Assembly: GCA_947001545.1 (NCBI GenBank)
Contig: CAMQHB010000001.1
Coordinates: forward strand, 22,446-86,445
Length of the DNA stretch: 64,000 nt
DNA from: an uncultured Collinsella sp.
GTDB taxonomy: Bacteria; Actinomycetota; Coriobacteriia; Coriobacteriales; Coriobacteriaceae
Direction: 5' to 3'
In this document: one piece after another, positions 38,245-48,309 of the stretch
Layout of the letters: each line of letters opens with the position of its first letter
How positions within the stretch are numbered: the first letter of the stretch is position 1
Position numbers and translations under genes: made by a program
The notes under the pieces: generated by a model
The model's database searches: none
What the model was told of the DNA's origin: nothing
What the model saw: only the letters and a program-made list of their open reading frames with translations

Positions 38245-39009
38245 TTACTGATAATCGACGACGTCGATCCAGTTCTTCAGGAACTCATCGTTCACGTTGC
38301 GCTTACGAGCGAGCTCGGAAGCGGCGACGATGCTCGTCCACTGACGCACGACCTGCATGGGCATGTCGGCGCGGTCGCAGTAGAGCTCCAGGTAGGCCTC
38401 AGCCTGGTCCTTGCTGTTGAGGGCGAAGAGCAGGTAGGTGGTGGCAACGTCGGCAGCAGGGGAGCCCTGGGTGGCGTGTGCCCAGTCGCACACATAGAGC
38501 TGGCCGTCGTCGCCGACGATGACGTTGGAGGGGTTGAAGTCGCCGTGGCAGACCTTGAACTCCTTGGTCATGCCGTCCAGACGCTCCTGAAGGTTGTAGC
38601 GCGTGGTGGCATTGAGCTGATCAAGGCTATCGATCATGCGGGCGAACTTGTCGCGCTGACGGTTGAGCAGCGGGGAGGTGTAGCCGTGGATCTCGATCTG
38701 GAGGTCGACGAACATCTCGAGGTACTCACCAAAGCGCTGGGGCTCGGCAGTCATCTTCTCGGCAAGGGTGGTGCCCGGAACCTTCTCGGTCACGAGCGCC
38801 CAGCCGTTGGCGTTCTCGAGCTGGGAAACCTCGAGAGCCTTGGGGCTGCGGATGCCGCACTCATTGATGCGGGCAAGATTCAAAGCCTCGTTGAACACGT
38901 CGGAGACAGGCTTGGTCTCGTTAAAGACCTTGACGATCTTGTCGCCCAGGTCGTAAACGACCTTGTTGCCACGGCGGACGAGCTCGGTCTTGGAATCGGG
39001 TAGCAGCAT
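38245..39009 (-). CDS. APH/choline-kinase-family phosphotransferase (substrate unknown)
   Basis: 254 aa. It has a VCHGDFNPSNVIV catalytic loop (HGDxxxxN) and a YVCDW Mg-binding D. The N-lobe is like a small-molecule kinase. Confidence 0.8.
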   Translation of the reverse strand: MLLPDSKTELVRRGNKVVYDLGDKIVKVFNETKPVSDVFNEALNLARINECGIRSPKALEVSQLENANGWALVTEKVPGTTLAEKMTAEPQRFGEYLEMFVDLQIEIHGYTSPLLNRQRDKFARMIDSLDQLNATTRYNLQERLDGMTKEFKVCHGDFNPSNVIVGDDGQLYVCDWAHATQGSPAADVATTYLLFALNSKDQAEAYLELYCDRADMPMQVVRQWTSIVAASELARKRNVNDEFLKNWIDVVDYQ

Positions 39010-39043
39010 GGTTGCATCCTTTCAACGATGCGATAGAAGCGAC

Positions 39044-39078
39044 GGCGGGGGTGTGTGAAACACCCGTGCACCCCCGCC
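39044..39078 (-). terminator. GC-rich hairpin downstream of adhE (putative terminator, no 3' U-tract)
   Basis: ggcgggggtg...cacccccgcc forms a perfect 10-bp stem. The T-run lies 5' of the stem on the minus strand. Confidence 0.4.
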
Positions 39079-39098
39079 GCAAAAAACCGTGCTAAAAA

Positions 39099-41747
39099 CT
39101 AGCAGACGGCGTAGTCCTGGGGCTCGCGGCCGTAGTAGGCGTCCAGGTAGAGCTCCTTGATCTCGCTCATGAGCGGGTAGCGCGGGTTAGCGCCGGTGCA
39201 CTGGTCGTTGAATGCCTGCTCGGTCATCTCGTCGAGGGTGTCGAGGAAGTACTGCTCGTCAACACCGTAGTCGGCGATGGTCTTCTTGACACCGATGAAG
39301 TCCTTGAGCTCCTCGAGCTTCGTGATGAAGTTCTCGAAGACCTCCTTGTCGTCCTTGCCCTCGATACCGCAGTACTTGGCCATCTCGGCGTAGTTGTGCA
39401 GCGCGTTGGGGTAAGGATACTGGGAGAAGGTACCCATCTTGACGGGAGCCTCGGCGGCGTTGTAGCGCATGACGCGGGTCAGGATGACGGCGTTAGCGAT
39501 GCCGTGGGGCAGGTGATGGAAAGCGCCGAGCTTGTGGGCCATGGAGTGGTTGAGGCCCAGGAAGGCGTTGGCGAAGGCCATGCCGGCCATGCAGGAGGCG
39601 TTGTGCATCTCCTCGCGGGCGTGCGGGTCCTTGGCGCCGTTCGTGAAGCTGGAGGGCAGGTTCTCGAAGACGAGCTTGGCAGCGCGCTCGGAGAGGCCCT
39701 TGGTGTAGTCGGAAGCCATGATGGAGACGTAGGACTCGATGGCGTGGGTCATGACGTCGATGCCGGAGGCAGCGGTCAGGCCGCGCGGAGCGGTCATGCA
39801 GTTGTCGGCGTCGACGATAGCCATATTGGGGAGCAGCGCGTAGTCGGCGAGCGGCCACTTGATGCCGGTCTCCTTGTCGGTGATGATGGCGAACGGCGTG
39901 CACTCGGAGCCGGTACCCGAGGAGGTCGGGACGGCGACGAAGTAGGCCTTCTTGCCCATCTCGGGGAAGGTGAAGATACGCTTGCGGATGTCCATGAAGT
40001 CCATGGCCATGTCCTCAAACTTGCACTCGGGGTGCTCGTACATCATCCACATGATCTTGCCGGCGTCCATAGCGGAGCCACCGCCGACGGCGATGATGAC
40101 GTCCGGCTCAAAGAGAGCCATCTGCTTGGCGCCGCGACGTGCGCACTGCAGCGACGGATCGGGCTCGACGTCGTAGAAGCAGTCGTGGGCGATGCCCATC
40201 TCGTCGAGCTTGGCCTCGATGGCGCGGGTGTTGCCATTCTTGAAGAGGAACTGGTCGGTGACGATGAAGGCGCGCTTCTTGCCCATGACGTTGCCCAGCT
40301 CGTCGAGGGCGACGGGCGTGGAACCCTTCTTGAAGTAGACCTTCTCGGGAGCGCGGAACCACAGCATGTTCTCACGGCGCTCGGCCACAGTCTTAACGTT
40401 GATCAAGTGCTTCACCCCAACGTTCTCGGAGACGGAGTTGCCGCCCCAGGAGCCGCAGCCCAAGGTCAGAGACGGCTTCATGCCAAAGTTGTACAGGTCA
40501 CCGATGCCGCCGTGCGAGGACGGGGTGTTGATGACGATACGGCAGGCCTTCATGACGTGCTCGAACAGGCTGATCTTCTCGGCCTGGGCGGGGTGCACGT
40601 ACAGAGAGGCGGTGTGGCCCGGGCCACCGGCGAGCACGAGGTGCTCGGCCTTGTCGACGGCCTCCTGGAAGTCCTTGGCGTGGTACATGGCCAGGACCGG
40701 GGAGAGCTTCTCGTGGGAGAACTCCTCCTTGGCGGGGTCGGTGGAGGTGACCTCGGCGATCAGGATCTTGGTCTTGGCGGGAACCTCGATGCCGGCGAGC
40801 TCGGCGATCTTGGCAGCGGCCATGCCGGGGATGCGGTGATCGAGAGCGCCGTTCTTGAACATGGCGGCACGCAGGGCCTCCATCTCGGCACCCTGCTTGA
40901 CGAAGTAGCAGCCGCGCTTCTGGAACTCGGCCTTAACCTGGTCATAGATGCTGTCGATTACGGTCACGGACTGCTCGGAAGCGCAGATCATGCCGTTGTC
41001 GAAGGTCTTGGAGTGGATGATGGAGTTGACGGCGAGCAGCACGTCGGCGGTGTCGTCGATGACGACCGGGGTGTTACCGGCGCCAACGCCCAGGGCGGGC
41101 TTGCCCGAGGAGTAAGCGGCCTTGACCATGCCCGGGCCACCGGTGGCGAGGATGATGTCGACGTCGCGCATGACCATGTTAGTCAGCTCGATGGAGGGGA
41201 CATCGACCCAGCCGATGATGCCCTCGGGGGCGCCGGCCTTGACGGCGGCGTCAAGCACGAGCTTGGCGGCGGCGATGGTGCACTTGGCGGCAGCCGGGTG
41301 CGGGGAGATGATGATGGCGTTGCGGGTCTTCAGGCAGATCAGCGTCTTGAAGATCGCGGTGGAGGTGGGGTTGGTCGTCGGGATGACGGCGCCCACGATG
41401 CCGATGGGCTCGGCGATCTTGGTGATGCCGTAAGCCTCGTCGCGCTCCAGGACACCACAGGTCTTGGTGTTCTTGTAAGCGTTGTAGATGTACTCTGCGG
41501 CGTAGTGGTTCTTGATGACCTTGTCCTCAAGAACGCCGCGGCCGGTCTCCTCGATGGCCATCTTCGCCAACGGGATACGAGCCTTGTTGGCGGCCATGGC
41601 GGCCTCATAGAAGATCTTGTCGACCTGCTCCTGCGTGTACGTAGCAAAAAGCGCCTGGGCCTCTCGCATCTGAGCGAGCTTGGCCTCAAGCGCCTCTACG
41701 TTGTCCACAATTGCGGGAGTAGTGTTTTCCGGTGACTTTTTCACCAT
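39099..41747 (-). CDS. adhE: bifunctional acetaldehyde-CoA/alcohol dehydrogenase
   Basis: 882 aa. The N-terminal ALDH domain contains GMICASEQS. The C-terminal Fe-ADH domain contains GGGSAMDAGK and the His cluster HSMAHKLGAFHHLPHG. Confidence 0.95.
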   Translation of the reverse strand: MVKKSPENTTPAIVDNVEALEAKLAQMREAQALFATYTQEQVDKIFYEAAMAANKARIPLAKMAIEETGRGVLEDKVIKNHYAAEYIYNAYKNTKTCGVLERDEAYGITKIAEPIGIVGAVIPTTNPTSTAIFKTLICLKTRNAIIISPHPAAAKCTIAAAKLVLDAAVKAGAPEGIIGWVDVPSIELTNMVMRDVDIILATGGPGMVKAAYSSGKPALGVGAGNTPVVIDDTADVLLAVNSIIHSKTFDNGMICASEQSVTVIDSIYDQVKAEFQKRGCYFVKQGAEMEALRAAMFKNGALDHRIPGMAAAKIAELAGIEVPAKTKILIAEVTSTDPAKEEFSHEKLSPVLAMYHAKDFQEAVDKAEHLVLAGGPGHTASLYVHPAQAEKISLFEHVMKACRIVINTPSSHGGIGDLYNFGMKPSLTLGCGSWGGNSVSENVGVKHLINVKTVAERRENMLWFRAPEKVYFKKGSTPVALDELGNVMGKKRAFIVTDQFLFKNGNTRAIEAKLDEMGIAHDCFYDVEPDPSLQCARRGAKQMALFEPDVIIAVGGGSAMDAGKIMWMMYEHPECKFEDMAMDFMDIRKRIFTFPEMGKKAYFVAVPTSSGTGSECTPFAIITDKETGIKWPLADYALLPNMAIVDADNCMTAPRGLTAASGIDVMTHAIESYVSIMASDYTKGLSERAAKLVFENLPSSFTNGAKDPHAREEMHNASCMAGMAFANAFLGLNHSMAHKLGAFHHLPHGIANAVILTRVMRYNAAEAPVKMGTFSQYPYPNALHNYAEMAKYCGIEGKDDKEVFENFITKLEELKDFIGVKKTIADYGVDEQYFLDTLDEMTEQAFNDQCTGANPRYPLMSEIKELYLDAYYGREPQDYAVC

Positions 41748-41840
41748 TTGTGTCTCCTTGCGATCGGAGATTTACCCTACGCCTTGCATGATAGCAAGAA
41801 ATTATTCGGCGAACGGTAAGATTCCTGTAAAAGGCACACT

Positions 41841-41868
41841 AAAACGCTTCAATAAACTGAAGCGTTTT
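41841..41868. promoter_or_regulatory. perfect 11-bp-arm palindrome upstream of adhE (terminator-like insulator or operator)
   Basis: The sequence is aaaacgcttca-ataaac-tgaagcgtttt. It is A/T-flanked on both sides. Confidence 0.4.
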
Positions 41869-41898
41869 AACTAAAACTATCTACCTGCTGCATCGCCC

Positions 41899-41951
41899 CA
41901 CTCATTGGGGACAGACTTACATGAGTGCTTTCACTCATTGGGGACAGACAT
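41899..41951 (+). repeat. left composite repeat: two direct copies of cactcattggggacagac separated by a 15-nt spacer containing atgagtg
   Basis: The 18-mer occurs at 41899-41916 and 41932-41949. The atgagtg at 41921-41927 is complementary to the cactcat of either copy. Confidence 0.9.
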
Positions 41952-41972
41952 CGATTTGCCATTTTGCCGTTC

Positions 41973-42004
41973 TTGACCTATTTTTGCCGCTCATTGGATA
42001 TAAA
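41973..42004 (+). promoter_or_regulatory. candidate promoter for the transposase-like gene
   Basis: TTGACC, an 18-nt spacer and GATATA (overlapping TATAAA) lie upstream of the AAGGAG RBS and the ATG at 42081. Confidence 0.35.
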
Positions 42005-42080
42005 TAGGTCACAGGCTCAGCATTTCGCGTTCCTTCTCTCCTTTTAGGTGTTGCCTGTTCAGTTTTTGAAAGGAGAGATT

Positions 42081-42857
42081 ATGCCCCGATGCGCCCGCGC
42101 CGTTTCGCTCACCGGCTATTACCACGTCTTTGACCGTGGTAACTCTAAACAGATTATTTTTGAAGATGACTCCGACCGCTATCGTTTCCTATCGGATATC
42201 TCGGACAGGTTTGCGCGCCATGAAGTGGCGGTTTTGGCTTGGTGCCTTATGGACAACCACTTTCATTTGATGGTTGATGATCCGTTCGACAATCTTTCAA
42301 AGGCGATGCAGTGCGCATTGACGGCATATGCTAAGTATTTCAATGGTAAAACGGGGAGAACGGGGCATCTCTTTGATAATCGCTATTCGCGGGTCGCTGT
42401 TGAGTCGGACACGCAAGCGGTGCAACTGCTCGACTATATCCATCTCAATCCCGTGAAAGGTGCGCTCGACTCACTCGAGCCGTACCGCTGGTCAAGCTAC
42501 AAGGCATATGAGCTGGGCTATGATCCCTTTGACATCTGTGATGCGGCCCCTATGCTCGATATTGTCGGAGGCTCCCGTTGCTATTGCGAGCATCTCAAGG
42601 AAGTTGCCGAGCGCATCTGGTCAGTGGAGGTTCTTCCACGCCGGCGGATCCCCGATGAGGAGGTCCTTTCCATTGCGCGCGAAGTGCTTCCGAGCATAGA
42701 TCCTGCGATGCTCAAGGCCCTGCCACGCCCCGATCGCGATGCCTGTCTGCTGAGGCTCAGGCGGGCGCATCTCACGGTCAAGCAAATTGCCCGTATCACC
42801 GGCATCGGCGCTACAAGCGTGACCAAGGCAACTGCAGGCTGGAAGGATGCTGCGTGA
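42081..42857 (+). CDS. REP-associated tyrosine transposase-like protein (IS200/IS605 Y1 HUH family) with C-terminal HTH
   Basis: The HUH motif is in MDNHFHLMV, the catalytic-Tyr helix is LLDYIHLNPVK and RWSSY is present. The C-terminal LTVKQIARITGIGATSVTKA region is HTH-like. An AAGGAG RBS precedes the ATG at 42081. Confidence 0.85.
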   Translation: MPRCARAVSLTGYYHVFDRGNSKQIIFEDDSDRYRFLSDISDRFARHEVAVLAWCLMDNHFHLMVDDPFDNLSKAMQCALTAYAKYFNGKTGRTGHLFDNRYSRVAVESDTQAVQLLDYIHLNPVKGALDSLEPYRWSSYKAYELGYDPFDICDAAPMLDIVGGSRCYCEHLKEVAERIWSVEVLPRRRIPDEEVLSIAREVLPSIDPAMLKALPRPDRDACLLRLRRAHLTVKQIARITGIGATSVTKATAGWKDAA

Positions 42858-42898
42858 GGCAGGGGCCGGAGCCAGTCAGTGCGTCGCATGCGTGCTTC

Positions 42899-42951
42899 AT
42901 GTCTGTCCCCAATGCGTGAAAGCACTCATGTAAGTCTGTCCCAAATGAGTG
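42899..42951 (-). repeat. right composite repeat (inverted copy of 41899-41951)
   Basis: atgtctgtccccaatgcgtgaaagcactcatgtaagtctgtcccaaatgagtg has 2 mismatches to the reverse complement of the left repeat. Confidence 0.9.
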
Positions 42952-42952
42952 C

Positions 42953-42987
42953 AAAAAGGCGCCCTCCGTAGGGGAGGGCGCCTTTGG
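42953..42987 (-). terminator. intrinsic terminator of rpmB
   Basis: The 13-bp stem is aaaggcgccctcc-gtag-gggagggcgccttt. On the minus strand it is followed by tttttg. Confidence 0.8.
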
Positions 42988-43053
42988 TAAGTTCTATATG
43001 AACGCGAGGTCTTTGACCCGGAGAGTCCGAGGTACTTGTTGGTAAGACCTTAT

Positions 43054-43242
43054 TTAGGAGCGCGCAACCTTGCCAGACTTGAGGCAGGTGGAGCAAACGT
43101 TCATCTTACGACGGTGACCATCGACGACGACGTAGACACGCTGGATGTTGGGGCGGAACTTACGGTTGGTGACGCGGTGAGAGTGGCTGATGGAGCGACC
43201 GGCAACGGGGTGCTTACCGCAAACTTCGCAAACTTTGGACAT
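43054..43242 (-). CDS. rpmB: 50S ribosomal protein L28 (Cys-containing, zinc-ribbon form)
   Basis: The sequence is MSKVCEVCGKHPVAGRSISHSHRVTNRKFRPN...VCSTCLK. A ggaggg RBS is present. The ORF-track start at 43290 is an over-extension. Confidence 0.93.
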   Translation of the reverse strand: MSKVCEVCGKHPVAGRSISHSHRVTNRKFRPNIQRVYVVVDGHRRKMNVCSTCLKSGKVARS

Positions 43243-43568
43243 AACTGACCCTCCTTGGGCGACAAACGAACATGTCGCGTTAACAAACAAGCCTGAACTA
43301 TAGCACAGAAGCAGCTCCCTGTGCGTAATCTACACAGAGATATTCCTCTTTTGGCGATAGTGCTCACGCCACGGCCCTGGACGTAGATCCGATTTGCGTG
43401 CAGCAGAGGGGATTATGCCAGCTCGTGCGTGCGTTTTCAAGCTCGTCCCACAAATATATATAGGTTTATTGAGCATTGGGCTCCGTTTACGGATTGCTCT
43501 GTATTTATGCTCGCAATTAAGCTCGAGGTTGGCTACACTATTCCTTGACCATTAAAGGGGTACGAGAT

Positions 43569-43674
43569 ACCCACATGGAATTACATAGCTGCCATGCGAG
43601 CAGCCCTTCCTGTGGGTGTCTGGTCCGCTTTAAGCGGTCGGGCATCTATTTTTTTTGACTGTGTCAGCAGTCAA
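43569..43674 (+). promoter_or_regulatory. structured leader upstream of pyrR (candidate PyrR attenuator)
   Basis: The nested stems are acccaca/tgtgggt, gctgc/gcagc and ccgct/agcgg. They are followed by a run of 8 T (43649-43656) and then the hairpin ttgactg/cagtcaa before the RBS. Confidence 0.4.
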
Positions 43675-43683
43675 GACATGTGA

Positions 43684-45212
<1,529 letters not shown>

Positions 45213-45229
<17 letters not shown>

Positions 45230-46502
45230 GAATGCCCACGTCGTCGACCCGTCCGTCGAGCTTGACGGTGTCGTTGACGTCCTGATTGACGGCGACAAGA
45301 TCGCCGAGGTCGGCGAGAATCTCGCCGTCGAGGGAGCCGAGGTCCGCGACCTTTCCGGCAAGTACCTCGTCCCTGGCCTGGTGGATATGCACGTCCACCT
45401 TCGCGAGCCCGGCTATGAGGTCAAAGAGGACATCGAGAGCGGCACCCGCGCAGCTGCCAAGGGCGGCTTTACCGGCGTGTGCGCCATGCCCAACACCGAT
45501 CCCGTCACCGATAACGGCACCGTCGTGGAGTTCGTCAAGTCCCGCGCTGCCGAGGTCGGTCACTGCCGCGTCTATCCGTCGGGCGCCATGACCCGCGGTC
45601 TTAAGGGCGAGGCCATGTCCGAGATGGGCGATATGGTCGCCCACGGCGCCGTCGCCTTCACCGACGACGGTCGCGGCGTGCAGGGCGCGGGTATGCTCCG
45701 TCGTTGCATGGACTACGGCAAGATGTTCGGCAAGGTCTTTATGAGCCACTGCCAGGACGAGGACCTGGTCGGCCACGGCCAGATCAACGAGGGCAAGGTT
45801 TCGACCCGTCTGGCTCTCGAGGGCTGGCCGGCTGCCGGCGAGGAGCTCCAGATCGCCCGCGACATCGAGATCGCCAAGCTGACCGGTGCCAAGCTGCACA
45901 TCCAGCACATCTCCACCGCCCATGGCCTGGAGATCGTGCGTGCCGGCAAGGCCGCTGGCGTTCAGGTTACCTGCGAGGCCACCCCGCACCACATGTTCCT
46001 GACCGAGAACGATCTAGACGAGACCTACAACACCTCGCTCAAGGTCAACCCGCCGCTGCGTACCGAGGAGGATGCCGAGGCCATCCGTCAGGGCGTCATC
46101 GACGGCACCGTCGACGTTATCGTCACCGATCACGCTCCCCACACCCCGTGGGAGAAGGCCCGCGAGTTCGAGCTTGCGCCCTTTGGCATGATCGGTCTCG
46201 AGACCTCGCTGTCGCTCGTGCTCACCGAGCTGGTCAACACGGGTAAGATGAGCATGGGCCGCATGGTCGAGCTCATGGCCATCAAGCCGCGTGAGATCCT
46301 GGGCCTCGACCAGGTTCAGGTCAAGGCGGGCTCCGTTGCCGACCTGACCGTGTTCGACGCGTCCGCCACCTGGACGGTCGGCGAGGACGGTTACGAGTCG
46401 CGCGCCGAGAACTCCGGTTTCGCCGGCCGCACGCTCACCGGTCGTGCCACCGATGTGTTTGTCGGCGGTAAGCAGACGCTCGCCGACGGCTGCATCTGCT
46501 AG
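45213..46502 (+). CDS. pyrC: dihydroorotase
   Basis: Motifs seen: LVDMHVHLREPG and VIVTDHAPH. A ggaggtg RBS precedes the ATG at 45213. It overlaps the pyrB 3' end by 17 nt. Confidence 0.93.
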
Positions 46503-46594
46503 CATAGCTTTATCGCTTTTGTGCGCGGTGCCCTTGCGGTGCCGCGCTTTCTGTTCGTTTTGACCATGCAATCGCATGGGGGATTGGAGCGTCT

Positions 46595-47386
46595 ATGCCC
46601 ACACCTTCCACTGCACGCATGCACGACTTCGAGGTCGTCTCGAACCAGGAGATCGCCGACGGCATCTTCTCGCTCGTTATTTCGGCCCCCAAGCTTGCAA
46701 GTGCGCTCAAGCCCGGTCAGTTTGTGAACATCGCCGTGCCCGGCGATGCGTCCTCGCTGCTTCGCGTGCCCCTGAGCTTCTATCGCGCCGACGCCCAGGC
46801 CGGTACCGTCGAGCTGTGGTACGCCGTCGTGGGCGACGATACCCGTCGTTTGTCCCAGATGGGCCCTGGCTCCACCTCTAACCTGCTGGGCCCCGGTGGT
46901 CGTGGTTGGATGGTACCCGAGGGCACCAGGAAGGCGCTGCTCGTGGCGGGCGGCATCGGCGTTCCGCCCGTGCTGTGCCTCGCCGGCATGCTTGCCGAGC
47001 AGGGTGTGGCCGTCGACGTGTGCCTGGGCTTTGGCACCGCGTCCAAGGCCGTGGGCATCGATGGGTTCCGCGCTCTGTGCGACACGGTCAACGTTTGCAC
47101 TGACGACGGTTCGCTCGGCATGCACGGTTTTTGCACCGATCCTGCCGCCGAGCTGCTCGGCGAGGGCGGCTACGACTATGTCGCCAGCTGCGGTCCCGCC
47201 GTCATGATGAAGAAGGTCGCCGCCGCTGCCGCCGAGGCCGGTGCCTACTGCGAGGTGTCGCTCGAGCGCATGATGAGCTGTGGCTTTGGCGCCTGCAACA
47301 CCTGCAATGTCGAGACGGTCGACGGTATGAAGGGTGCTTGCATGTGCGGCCCCGTGTTCGATGCTTCCAAGGTGGTGGTCTTCTAG
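46595..47386 (+). CDS. pyrK: dihydroorotate dehydrogenase electron-transfer subunit
   Basis: It has an FNR-like fold and a C-terminal 2Fe-2S Cys cluster (CGFGACNTC...CMCGP). Confidence 0.9.
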   Translation: MPTPSTARMHDFEVVSNQEIADGIFSLVISAPKLASALKPGQFVNIAVPGDASSLLRVPLSFYRADAQAGTVELWYAVVGDDTRRLSQMGPGSTSNLLGPGGRGWMVPEGTRKALLVAGGIGVPPVLCLAGMLAEQGVAVDVCLGFGTASKAVGIDGFRALCDTVNVCTDDGSLGMHGFCTDPAAELLGEGGYDYVASCGPAVMMKKVAAAAAEAGAYCEVSLERMMSCGFGACNTCNVETVDGMKGACMCGPVFDASKVVVF

Positions 47387-47400
47387 TGGGTACCGTGAAC

Positions 47401-48309
47401 ATGGCCGTCGATTTCGGCGGCGTCAAGATGCAGAACCCCATCAACACCGCAGCCGGTACCTTTGGCTACGGTTGGCAGTTCCAGAACTTCTTTGATGTTT
47501 CCCAGCTGGGCGCCATCACCACCAAGGGTTGCGCTGCCGAGCCCTGGCCCGGCAACCCCGCGCCCCGCATGGCCGAGATCCCGGGCGGCATGATCAACTC
47601 CGTGGGCCTTCAGAACCCTGGCGTGGCTGCCTTTGCCCGTGAGTCTGGTCCGTGGCTCGAGCAGCTCTCCAAGGACGGTTGCCAGGTCATCTGCCAGGTC
47701 GCCGGTCACTCCGTCGAGGAGTTTGTCCGCGCGCTCGAGATGTATGTCGAGCTGTGCCCCTGGGCTGCCGGCTACGAGATCAACGTGAGCTGCCCTAATA
47801 TCGCCGCCGGCGGTGCCGCCATGGGCTCCACGCCCGAGGGCGCCTCTTCCGTTATGGCTGCCTGCCGTAAGGTGACCGATAAGCCGCTGTTCGTGAAGAT
47901 GGCGCCGGTCAACGTCGCCGAGATTGCCAAGGCCCTCGAGGCTGCCGGCGCCGACGGCCTTTCGGTCATCAACTCCATTCAGGGCATGGCCATCGACGTC
48001 CATACCCGCAAGTCCCGCGTGGCCAAGCCCAAGGGCGGCCTTTCGGGCCCGCTGTGCCACCACATCGCCGTGCGCATGGTCTGGGAGGTTGCCCAGGCCG
48101 TCGATATCCCCATCAACGGCGTCGGCGGTGTCATGACCGGCGAGGATGCGGCCGAGTTTATCCTGGCCGGCGCCACCTGCGTGTCGGTCGGTATGGCCAA
48201 CTTCGTCGATCCGTGCGCTTCGCTCAAGATCGCGCATGAGCTCGAGGCCTGGGCCGAGTCCCAGGGCGTAAAGGACATCAACGAACTGGTAGGTGCTTTC
48301 GAATGCTAG
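47401..48309 (+). CDS. pyrD: dihydroorotate dehydrogenase catalytic subunit (type 1B)
   Basis: Motifs seen: MQNPINTAAGTFGYG, EINVSCPN, GLSGP and GVGGV. The ORF-track start at 47131 overlaps pyrK and is an over-extension. Confidence 0.93.
   Translation: MAVDFGGVKMQNPINTAAGTFGYGWQFQNFFDVSQLGAITTKGCAAEPWPGNPAPRMAEIPGGMINSVGLQNPGVAAFARESGPWLEQLSKDGCQVICQVAGHSVEEFVRALEMYVELCPWAAGYEINVSCPNIAAGGAAMGSTPEGASSVMAACRKVTDKPLFVKMAPVNVAEIAKALEAAGADGLSVINSIQGMAIDVHTRKSRVAKPKGGLSGPLCHHIAVRMVWEVAQAVDIPINGVGGVMTGEDAAEFILAGATCVSVGMANFVDPCASLKIAHELEAWAESQGVKDINELVGAFEC

Larger units (their letters stand above)
41899..42951 (+). mobile_element. RAYT/IS200-like Y1-transposase unit bracketed by 53-nt inverted composite repeats (REPtron-like)
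   Basis: 41899-41951 is the reverse complement of 42899-42951 with 51 of 53 positions identical. The interior encodes an HUH/Y1 transposase-like protein and looks less GC-rich than its flanks. Confidence 0.8.

Noticed and set aside
41841-41868. Considered calling the adhE-upstream palindrome a Rex operator.
   Set aside because: The half-sites are in the wrong arrangement (TTCA-N6-TGAA rather than TGTGAA-N6-TTCACA). It is kept only as an unassigned palindrome.
43101-43367. 88-aa minus-strand ORF, plus small ORFs at 43036-43248 (+), overlapping rpmB.
   Set aside because: They are alternative frames of the L28 gene region with no RBS or recognisable motif. L28 itself explains the coding signal.
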